15,257 nucleotides of DNA from Caecitellus pseudoparvulus (Eukaryota; Protista; Bigyra: Bicosoecida): assembly GCA_965644315.1 (NCBI GenBank), contig CBFFRQ010000174.1, positions 1 through 15,257 on the forward strand, read 5' to 3'. This document shows, piece after piece, positions 1-10,600 of the stretch; positions within the stretch are counted from its first letter, which is position 1, and every line of letters begins with the position of its first letter. The position numbers and the translations under genes are program-made. The notes below the pieces were generated by a model. That model searched no databases. It was not told where the DNA came from and was given only the letters and a program-made list of their open reading frames with translations.

Positions 1-12
1 GGGGACATGGAT

Positions 13-18
13 AAAAAA
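13..18 (-). terminator. RNA polymerase III oligo-T terminator of the tRNA-Ile gene
   Basis: AAAAAA on + is TTTTTT on -, 3 nt downstream of the tRNA discriminator base. Confidence 0.85.
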
Positions 19-21
19 CAG

Positions 22-94
22 TGGTCAATCGGGGTCTCGATCCCCGGACCAATCGCTTATTAGACGAACGCTCTACCGACTGAGCTAACCGACC
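22..94 (-). tRNA. tRNA-Ile-AAT: tRNA-Ile, anticodon AAT (eukaryotic type, A34 normally edited to inosine), no intron, no encoded CCA
   Basis: Reverse complement reads GGTCGGT TA GCTC AGTCGGTA GAGC G TTCGT CT-AAT-AA GCGAT TGGTC CGGGG ATCGAGA CCCCG ATTGACC A. This is a 73-nt cloverleaf with acceptor stem GGTCGGT/ATTGACC, D stem GCTC/GAGC, T stem CGGGG/CCCCG, discriminator A73, A-box TAGCTCAGTCGG and B-box GATCGAGAC (fits GWTCRANNC). Confidence 0.95.
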
Positions 95-120
95 GTGTCA
101 TAAGTGAGGGCCTAAATTGC

Positions 121-128
121 TTATATTA
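121..128 (-). promoter_or_regulatory. TATA-like element upstream of the tRNA gene
   Basis: Minus strand reads TAATATAA, with the TATAA core about 27-31 nt upstream of the mature tRNA 5' end. This is where TATA-like elements occur in plant and S. pombe tRNA genes. The motif is short and could be chance. Confidence 0.4.
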
Positions 129-1212
129 ACTTAGTCTTTGCTTGTACCCAGATGACTCACAGACACGTTGCTCACCGTCCGTGCTTTGTGTGATTGTGTG
201 CGGCGGCCAAGCAGTTCCGCACAGAAAGCAGCTTCGTAGAGAAACTTCAGATGACGCTATCCTTGGGAGGCTTGTAATGAATGAACTGATGTCCCCAAAT
301 GGACGGATGGCTCCGATTCTGACGAGAGAGCAACTTGTCAAGACGATAAGTCAGCGATGCAGTCTGAACCGTGAAAGTGGACTATTGGCCTCGAATCAAT
401 CCACAAAAGGGCGCCCTGCACATGATTGCTTGCGGGTGTGGCTACGGAGGAGAAATGGAAGTAAGACGAGGCAGCAGACATCACTGTGCCAAGAAAAGAG
501 AGCTGCACGGGCAAGCGCGCCAAAGGGCTTATGGGCCAGCATAGTTTCTGCTGTATTGTTTCTGATTGCTCGTAAGCGGTGCCAAGAATTGGGGAAAGGA
601 TGGTGCAGAGCAGGCTCGAACCACTCTCGCACCGTCTGTGCAAAAGCAGATCAAGAGAGTTTTGTTGATTCGTTGGCTGTCTCGACGGGAGGGTTGGCCA
701 TAAAAGGAGAGAGTTTCACATGTGAAACGCTGCTGCTGCTGAAGAGCCCTTGGTTCGCATAGGCGAGCCATGACAGCGAAAAAGTGTTGCCTGTGTTGAA
801 GTCAACTGAATTCACTCTCGTCGTATGTTTTCCTGCCTCAGTTCTTCCGGGAGGCGGACTTTCCTGCTGTTTTCCTCTTCTGCCCTCGTCACCTTGCTCA
901 AAACGATAGTGCTACAACAAGCGGACCCGCTCAAAATCCGTGGCATCTCGCACCCCCTGCAAACGCGACAGTCTTTCTCCCCCTGTGCCGACATAAACTG
1001 GCTCAAGTGCGCACACTGCCTGTGCTGCACGCTGGTTCCGGCGCTCACCAACAGCCGAAGCAGTCAAGGGAACGCAGCACGCGAGGACACAGGCTCATAA
1101 AGCATTGAAGCGAATTGAGCCTGACGGCAAAGTACTAGCTCCTTATTGTTAACTTTTGCGGTGGCTGGGACCTCTCTTGTCTCAAGGGGGCATCAACAGA
1201 ACCGGACATTGA

Positions 1213-1688
1213 ATGCCGAGGAGAATGATGAAACGCCACAGTCACTGCTCAGAGTTCCCGAGCACCCCTACCCACACACTCCAGAGAAGAAGGGCCCATA
1301 CTCCCAAGACATTAGTTTCTGAGCTGCTTGCGCTTGCTGTGCTGGCACTGGCGCTTGCCTCGTGCGAGGCCTCAGGGAGTTGCGAGTCTGGCTTCGTGAA
1401 AGTGTGGTTGGCAACGTACGGAAAGCACCTGTGCTTTCGTCTTACGCCAATCACCACATGGGCTGGAGCAGTTGCTAAATGCCAAGAATATGGTGCCAAA
1501 CTAGCAATCTGGGAGAGTGAACAAGGTGCGCAAGTCTTTCAAGCTTTGATGGTCACGCAAGCTTTCAAACAAGCGCATACACAACGATCTGTCGCAGACA
1601 TGTTTGACACAATGGCCCGCATGCCATACCAGCATTACTATTGGACTGGATTCATGTTCAATGGCCATGCAGCAATACCTTTTGGGTG
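1213..1688 (+). CDS. Exon 1: signal peptide and N-terminal half of C-type lectin-like domain 1
   Basis: Hydrophobic LLALAVLALALA followed by CESGF..LCFRL...TWAGAVAKCQEYGAKLA...YYWTGF, a typical CTLD N-half. Ends at donor TG|GTACGT. Confidence 0.85.
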
Positions 1689-4600
1689 GTACGTGTGCTT
1701 TGGTTCGTAGCCTTGTGGAACTGTAGAACAACCCAAGCTGGCCCTGATTCCTCGACAGGCAAGTACCGAGCTATTCTGAGATGCCAATGACGATGCGCGG
1801 TTGTCCAGGGAATACCTACTGGATGAAATGCCACTCTGCCTCGGCTATCAACAACGCTATATTCTTTGGATCTCAGTGCATAGTTTTCTCAAGGATCGTC
1901 CACGGGGGTTGGTTTGGCACGAATCGGCTAACAAACCACGGCTGCGGCAATGCGCACCACGGGCTCTGCATGAAGCCGCTCCCAGTCCCCTCAAGGACCC
2001 GTAAGGCGCTAGCCTCTCGCTTCTATCTTGAAGTCCGCTGAACTCCTCGTCGCTGATTGCGCAGCTACTCGAACTCCAACACCGACTCGGACCCCATCTC
2101 CCTCCCGCACCCCATCTCCCTCCCGCACCCCGTCTCCCTCCCGGACACCATCCCCTTCTCGTACACCAACTCCGACCGTCACACCCCGGCCCTTCACCCA
2201 GCCAGCCCAAGATGCCCATGGCGCCGCCCACTGTCCGCCTGGATTCAAGGCACAATCCCCCTACTCTGGCGCATGCTTCTACATCGGGCACAAGATCGAG
2301 TTCAAGTCCAAGGACGAGTCGGCCCGGGAGTGCGCCCAGCACTACCCTGGCTCCACCCTCTTTGCACCCAACTCGTACGCTGAGCTGCAGTGGTTCCAGA
2401 CGCAGTTCCTGCAGCCCCGCATGCCAGCTCCCTACAACCAGTGGCACTTCTGGCTCAACGCAGAGGTGGACGTGACCCAGGGCAACAAGCAGGTTTGGGT
2501 CTCTGGCTCTGCGACTGGCGATGTGGACGACATGCTAGATGCAGGGAGCGGCAAGTGGACGTATGGGCCGCTTCCAGGCCGCCCTTGCCTCCGCACGGAG
2601 CCATCATCCGACCTGCACTCTGCCTACTGCAACACGGGGGGCACTGCGACAGCCTGTGCCTATCGCCCCATCGGTTGCCCCGCTCGTTGGACTCCTCACG
2701 GCACAACGCTGACGTGCTGGATTCACCTGGATGTCTTGCCACCCGCCAAGTCCCTGGATTCTTGGGCATCCCTGCGTTCCCAGTGCCAGGGCGATGGCGG
2801 GGAGCTGGCCCACCCCACAGCCGATTGGAAGGGCGGCACGGTGGGCTGGCCGTGGCTGGAGCATGTGGTGCTGCAGGACTTCAAGCCAGGGGCGCCTCGA
2901 GCTGGACAAAGTGTAGCTGTTGGGGCTGCGTACAACGTGCAAAGCACTCGGTGGGAGTGGCTAGATGATGCTGGGACGCCTGTGCCAGCTGTACTTTGGG
3001 CGCCTTCACACCCAGACCTCGACATTGGTAGCTGCGCCAAGTATCAGAACGGCAAGTTGTACTCGGTGGACTGCACAGAGAAGGGACTGTTCGCAGATGG
3101 CGGCTTCGCATGTGTCGCTCCGCCGCCGCACTGCCCAGACGGCGACACAGTCAGCCCCATCACAGGGCAGTGCATCAAGGTGATCACAACCACGGTCGCC
3201 AACCATGCAGACATTGATGCCGCTTGTGCAGCTGCTGTGCCACCTGGCAGCACACGCCAAGCAGCCCCTGCTCGTGTATGGAGCGATCTGGAGAGCAGGT
3301 GGTGGAACGCCCATGTGGACCACGTTCTGGGGCTGGGTGGCCCTGTGTGGACGGGTGGATACATCAACAGTGGCACGTTGCACTGGAGAGATGGAGCAGG
3401 TGCCGTGGCGGCCTTCTCCGTGGGTGTGTCTAACTCCAACTCCCTCGGCTTGGGAGACATCTCAGGCAGCGGGGACGGCTGCATCGGGACATCAGACCAC
3501 ACTTCTAACTCCCTGTCAAGGCTCTCGTGCAGCACGCCAGCTTTCACCGCCTGTGAGATGCTGGGCACCTGTCCACCCGGCTGGTACCGCTCCCCCATCA
3601 CAGGCACGTGCTTGCAGCTTGTGGCGGGGCCATCTTCCCTCTCCGCTTCTCGCTCAGCTTGCAAGGCTGTGCATCCCCGTGCCCAGCTGTGGAGTGCCCA
3701 CGACCCAGTGGAGCTGACCCTGGCACACCACGTCTTTGGCGTCAGCGGTATCGGAAGCGGCGCATGGGTGGGAGTGCGTGCCAACCTGCGCAGCGGGGAG
3801 TTCGAGTGGGAAGACGGCGCAGATGCAGCTGGACTGTGGGCGAACACGGGCGCCCTTGCAAGCGACGGAGGGCGGTATGGCGAGGGCAGCTTGTGGGCTG
3901 TGGACTCCACCACTGGCGTGCCGCTTGCCGGCTTTGGTGGCGGGCGGTACGCTTACATGGACGCAGCTGGGCTGTTCCTGCGCACCACGTCCAACGCGAA
4001 CACTGGACGGGCATTCATCTGCGAGTACATCCCGCCCTGTGATCTGCAAACGGCACAGACGGTCGGCACAAACCCAACCCTGCACAACTTCCACGCCCCT
4101 TCCAGCACCTGTGTCTTCACAGTGCCGGCTGGAGTGCACTTCATCCTCATCAAGGCACGAGGTGCTGGAGGTGGATCGCACCTCATCCACACCCAGCCAG
4201 GCGGAGCAGGTGCATACGCCTCTGGCTACATTGCTGTCAAAGGCGGGGATGAGTTCATCGTGGAAGTGGGTGGGCACCGCATGGGATGGAACCACGCCAA
4301 CGAGGCTGTTCTCGCGGTGGAGACCTCCAGCGCGTTCACGTACACCAACCTGCAGGGATCTGGCCTGGGTGGACAGCGCTCTGGCGTCCTGGATGGCCGT
4401 AGGCTGCGCTCTGACGTAGCTGTTTCATACACGTCTGAGCTGCTCGTGGCAGGTGGAGGTGGAGGTGGTGGAACAGGCAAGGGAGGAGCAGGCGGTGCTC
4501 ACGATGGAGGGGACGGAGAGGCAGGCCTGCAGTCCAAGTCGGGGTCGCACTTCTTGGTGGCGTACGGAGGACAGGGAGGCACGCTGGCCACGTCGAACCT

Positions 4601-7600
4601 CGCAGGTTCCCTGCAAGACGCTGGCTTCGGCGCAGGCGGCATTTATCGCGGCACTGACCAGCGCACAGCAGACAAGTGCCCGTGGGGCGTGGGCGGTGGG
4701 CGGAATCGAGCTGGTGTACCAGGCTGCACAGAGTTCCGTGTGCGCACCAGCGGAGGGCAGGGCGGCGGCGGGCACATGGGCGGAGGAGCTGGGTCAGCTG
4801 GCGGAGAAGGGGGCTTCCGCGCGGAAGGTCTTGCGAGCGTTGTGGGAGGTGGAGGAGGCGGCACGAGCTTCGCCTCTGACGCCCAAGTCCAATTTGCACA
4901 GCTGCTTGGCGGGTGGGAAGACATTCCCGCCTTCCCCACCGAAGTGCATCGCAGCGCCACAGGCGGCAGAGCCAAGCTGCTGCGGGGGCACGTCATGATC
5001 CAGACTATCTCCCAGCAAGCGCTCCAGTGCCCTTTTGGGGCCCGCTATCGCATCGCCCAGCCAGGCGTACACACCGTCACCTCGCCTGTGGGCGCCCTGG
5101 CGGCAGATGTGCGGCTGTACGGAGCAGGTGGCTCGCCTGGAGCGCTGGATGTGGGGTTGCCTTCCCCTACATCGCCTGGCACCTGCCTGGGTGGACCAGG
5201 TGGCTTCTTCTACGGCCGCATGGAGACTCTTCCAGCGACCAAGCTGGCGTTTGAAGTCGGCAAACCTGGAGCGCTGTTCGCCAGCTCCACAACGCTGAGC
5301 GGTGTGAACCTGGGGTATGGCGTGTCGCCGAACCCGCTGGGAGATCCGTCGTTCTCAGCTAATGGCACAAAGGGTCACACGATCGGCTTCCCCATTGCTC
5401 CTGGAGGCGCAAGTCGCATCAATCGAGCTGGAGGCGGCCGCACGGCGCTGTGGGATCCCACGCGAAGAGATGAGATTGCAGTCGTCGGTGGAGGTGGAGG
5501 CGGCGCATACGGCACTGCAGAGTGCTCTGCAGGTGGATCAGGAGGCGGCATTCTCGGCGGCACTGCGCCTTCCATTGGCTCAGGCGCTACAGCTGTGACG
5601 GGCGGCGAAGGTGCTTGGGGCGGCGGGCCAGGCATCGGCGGAGTTGCCACGACGCCCACAACTGGCAATCTGGGCCAAGGCGAGGATGGTGACCGCATTG
5701 CAGGCGGAGCGTATAATGGCACAGACTGCAATGGTGCCACATGTGCCTCCTACGTCCCCAGTGGTGGGGACGGCTTCTATGGCGGCGGCACTGGCGCTGC
5801 CCGCACCTCCACGGCAATGACAGGTGGAGGAGGTGGCGCGGGTTTCTACCTGACTGACTGGATGCTGACCGAGGACGGACACCCAACGCCTGTGCTGGAA
5901 CAAATGGGGCAGACTGTGTCCACGCCCCAGCCTGACACGTACGCTGGCGCGCCTGGCATCGCAGGCGCAGTGGACGTCAGCTTCCGCTGCACTCGGTGTG
6001 TGGAGGAGGACAGCTGCTCCATCCTGGACTTCTACGGCGAGCGCCAGTGCTACCCATACCTGTCTGACAAGCCGCGGGAGTTCCCAGAAGATGTGCACTC
6101 CTCGTGCTACTGGTGCGACCCCGCAGGCCCGGGCGCCTTCATGATGTGGAGCCAGAAGGGCGTCGGCACTGCCTGCAATGACGACCTCGCCTGCACCTTC
6201 CGGGACAACTGCACTTCCAACGGTCTATGCCAGGGCCAGCTGTACAAGACCTGCCTCATGGAGGAGTGGACCGACGACCCAGCGCAAGATTGCGAGGTGT
6301 GCGACGGCCTGGGAGGCTGCAACTTGGCGCCAGGCTACACCGGGGGCGTGAAGTCGCTGCCGGGTGGAGGGAAGACGTGTGCTTGCGACATCGGCGGCAC
6401 GCTGTACGCTCACGGGGAGGTGAACCCCGCTCAGCCCGAGTGCCAGTACTGCGACGTGATTAAGGACCCAGCTGGCTGGAGCAACCGCCCCAATGACCTC
6501 GCATGTGATGACACTGATGCCTGCAGCTACGATGATCAGTGTGTGTCTGGCATTTGCACGGGCACGCCGTACACGTGTGACGCCCAGGACTGCCACGTAT
6601 CGTACACTTGCAATGGGGACGGCGGCTGTGACGAGGTGCGGTTTCAGCCCGAGGATGACCACCACTGCAACCAAGGGCGCGTGTCCGAGTGCCGCCTGGC
6701 CCCCACTTGCGACGGAACCCGTGCGACGTGCCCAGGGTACTCGGCTGCACAGCCGTTGCAGTTCCCCTACGTGGCCTTCGGCGCAGTGTCCTCCTTGTAC
6801 ACGACCCATGACCCACAGAAGACGTACTCTGCGCTGTCCACTCAGCTACGAGGCGCGTCAACAGTGCATGCCGGCATGGCGGTGAAAATCGCAGACTTCG
6901 ACGTGCGCTGTGACAGCTTGACGGCTCGACTGGGCCTGCAGCGCATCTCCACCGCGTCAGACATTGCCAGCTGCAGCGGCTTCTACACTGACGGAGATGC
7001 CACTGGCACTATGCTGCAGTGCCCAGGCGGGTATGTGTTGGTCCTCGGCGCAAACGGCACGTTTCCTTCCTGCATCAAGTACGTGAGCAGTCCAGCGTCT
7101 TGGGCAGCGGCTCAAGCTTCGTGTGCCGCAGAGGGGGGCTGGTTGGCCAGCACAGCGCTGCACGATGACGTCAAGCGGGAGACGGTTAGTTCGCGCTGCT
7201 TCGCTGCTGACATGGCGTGTTGGCTTGGCATGAGCGTGCAAGCGCCGAGCACGTGGAGCGCTACCCAGCTGACGCCGCTGAGCCCTGGCGACACGGCAAG
7301 CATGCTGCCGCTTCTAAATGCTGCTGACTTGACCAGTGCCGCACCAGGGACTTCCCTCGGCCTGGCCTCAGGCGTAAAGGGCTTTGACACGGCGAGTCTG
7401 AACGTCGGCGTACGAGTGCAGCCAGTTGGGAACGCGCTGCCGTTCCTGTGTGAAACTGGCGTGCGCAACTGCCCTCCTGGCTTCCACCTGATGCCTGGAG
7501 CAGACGGTGTGCCCAAGTGCCTGGGAACAACTGCCTCACCTGTCAGCCTGTCTGGTGCCCGTGCAGGGTGTGAGAGCGTGGGCGGACTGCCGTTCGCTGG

Positions 7601-10600
7601 TATTGGACTGAGCACTCTGGAGACGGCAGCCGCATCCCGTGCATGTGGAGAGGCAGGGGCACAGTGCTGGCTGGGGCTGCAACGGCAGGTGTCTGAACCT
7701 ACAGGGGCTTCTTCGTGGCTGGCTGACACTGGCGGACATGCTCTGCATCAGTTCCCGATCGGCCCACTTGCTCCGCTGGATACCCCGGCTGGAGCTTGGT
7801 TGGTGCGATGGCGAGACGCCACTGCTGCCTCCAACGCAGCCAACTCAGCCAGCACAGCAGGCATGACGCTGCACGCAGCCGATGGCGTAGTGGACTTCCA
7901 GTCGTCTGTCAGCGCAAGCTTCCCGGCCATGTGTGAGGCGCCTGTCTTCGGGTGCCCAGCTGGGCACATCTTGGTGACTCTCAGCGCAGGTGAGATGGCC
8001 TGTGCCTTCACCAGCGCTGCCACGACCGAAGGCGACGTCGCCGACGTGCAGTGTGCGCTCGGCGGAGGCGTCGCGCTCCCCGTGCCATCTCAGGCTGTGC
8101 TGCATGCCCTCGCGGCGCTGTGCCCAACTGACATCTCACCCTGCTGGACAGGGCTGTCAGATCGCGTGGAGCGGCGCACGTGGGTGAGCAAGTTCAGCCC
8201 GCACCAGCTCGGCACTGCCGCCCAAGCAGCTTCACGCTGGCCGTGGACAGCAGACCCGAACGCGGTGCCGGATCTGGACTGTGCTGCCATGCAGGCCAGC
8301 GCCACGGCTGCGCCTCGCCTGACTGCTATGGACTGCTCCACACCTCGACGGGCTGTGTGCACCCGTCCGCCACAGCAATGCCCTCCAGGGCACTACGTCA
8401 GCGTGTCGTGGGCTCTGGACACCACCCTCGCCGCGGCAGGTGTGCGCATGCCGACGTACTCCTGTGTCCACGCCGTCACGGCAGCCAGTGCTGCGCTGCA
8501 AGACACGCTGCCAGCTCGAGCCAACCCTCGCAGTGTGTGGGTGACGCAGCTGGCGCCGCTGGTCGTGCAGAGGGCGCGCACTGAAGCTGCCAAGCGGGCC
8601 CCAACGCTGGGCTTCGAGCGCCTGGGCCAGCCCAATCCGCTCATCATGCAGATGCCTCGGTCTCTGGCACTGACGCAGGGTGTGCAGTACAAGTGGGTGC
8701 TGGACACACGCACAGTGGAAGGTAACGCTGCAGCGGTGTGCTCCCAGCCCTTCACGGTGGATGTGACGCCCCCTGTGCTGCTTCCTGACGCCCCCACCGC
8801 GAGCCCTCGAGGCGGTGTGCGCGAGGTGGACATCGCAACGTACCAGTTCAACATCCAGGACGACACAGCAGACATCGACTACACCGGCGTGAACGTGCCG
8901 TCCTGGCAGTGGAACGGCTTCCAGGACGCCGAAAGCACGGAAGGCGGCCTCCTTGCGTACCAGTTCTGCCGCACAGTCGCCACGCCAGACGCCAGCACGT
9001 GCAACCCTTTGGACACAGGCGTGCCGCTGGGGCAGTGGCGGGACGTGGAGCCGTTTGGCGTGCACAGCCTGCCGCAAGACACCATGACCCACGGCCAGCA
9101 GTACTTCGTGCACATGAAGGCCACAAACAAAGCGGGGCTGTTCCGCGTCTCGAGCTCAGATGGCGTCATCTTCGACGCCACGCCGCCCACGCTGCAGAAG
9201 CCTCGCGACGGGCCACAAGCTGGCTCGCTGACACCCGCTGACATCGGAGGAGACGGCGCCACGAACGACCTGGACTTCACCTCCAGCACGACCACCTTCA
9301 CTGTGCACTGGCCAGAGTTCACAGAAGACGTGTCTCCGCTGGTGAAGTACGAAGTTGGGCTTGGCTCGGTGCTGGGGCGGCCAGTGGACAACATCGCAGC
9401 CACCATGAACGTGGGTCTGGCGCGGGAACACACGTTCACGGTGCCCGTCGCTGTCCGCAGTGGTACATATGTGTACGCTTCTGTGACAGCCACGAATGCG
9501 GCTGGGCTGAAAACGACTGGGCTGTCTGATGGCATCCTTGTGGACACAGCCTTGCCGGATGTGTCCCTCTCTGTTCTGGCAGCGCCAGGGTCGGCTTGGG
9601 CTGGCTATGGCATTCCCGCCTTGCTGGGCAAGCCAGACAGCTTCAACGCCACCCAGCACGCTGTGCAGTCCGTGGCGAGTACGACATCCATGCGAGTCGC
9701 TATCACTTTCGCCGACACGGATGCGGGCTTCTCCGCCTGCCGAGTGGCTGCTGGAACTGAGGAGTCCCCCACTGCTCACTCGCCCTTCACTGTGGCACAG
9801 TCAGAGGTGAGCAGGTTCAGCCTGCATGGCCTGCTAGTGCTGCGCCAAACGTTCACGTTGACCTTCGCCTCGCCACTCCCCGATGCCACTAAGGTGCACA
9901 TGCGTGCCAGATGCCTGGACCGCGCAGGGAACACGGGTCTGTCTGAGTCCGTGCCGCTTGACATCGAGACCAGCCGCCCATCAGCTGCTGCCGCGTACGT
10001 GAACGACGTGGACGCCACGCGCGACCTGGATGCTGACCAAGACGGGCATGTTCAGCCCATTCTGGAGGCTGTCTGGGGCGGCTTCGACGCAGACCAGGCC
10101 TCCATAGTGTCATACCTGTGGGGCATCTCCAGCTCAGCGCCTGGGCCAGGTCCAGACCTGTCGGCCCATCCACTCGATGTGCTGCCGCTGACGTACGTGA
10201 GCTCCAACACGACTGCCAAGACGAACCCCGCTGCTATCGTGCTAGCCCATGGCACGACGTACTACGTCGTGGTCCGTGCCGTGGCCTCCAATGGCCTGTT
10301 TGTGGATGTCGCCTCAGACGGCGTGGTGTTTGACGGCACTGCTCCGGAGCCTGCTCCAGGTGGGGCTGTTCGAGACGCCGTGCCTGGCGTGACGGGTGAA
10401 GCCGCCTTCACTGCCTCAGCGAGCGAGATGCGCGGGACCTGGGATGCCTTTGTGGAAGATGTGGGGGCGGTGGCCAAGTACCAGTATGCGGTGCGTTGGT
10501 GCGACAACGGCGACGTGGGCAGCCGCGACGTGCGGGACTGGACCGATGTGCCAGGGGCGACAGTGACCACCTTGCACGCGACTGGCCTAGGCCTCACCAG

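Noticed and set aside
142-762. 206-aa plus-strand ORF between the tRNA and the giant gene
   Set aside because: It starts at TTG, has no recognisable motif, and is rich in Arg/Ser/Cys like random sequence in a lower-GC stretch. Treated as intergenic.
812-1100. Overlapping short ORFs 825..1100 (+) and 812..1051 (-)
   Set aside because: No recognisable domain and no convincing splice link to exon 1. The CxxC spacing in the minus ORF is too little to call a zinc finger.
1213-1710. 165-aa ORF as a standalone gene
   Set aside because: It encodes only half a CTLD. A canonical intron at 1689-1758 removes the stop and supplies the missing cysteines.
4398-4409. RRLR motif (RxLR / proprotein-convertase-like site)
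   Set aside because: A single 4-residue match inside a Gly-rich domain, far from the signal peptide, is expected by chance in 4,600 aa.
4452-4472. GGT/GGA triplet runs (also near 4845-4862, 5487-5504 and 5823-5837) as microsatellites or G-quadruplexes
   Set aside because: Fully explained as polyglycine codons with mixed synonymous usage.
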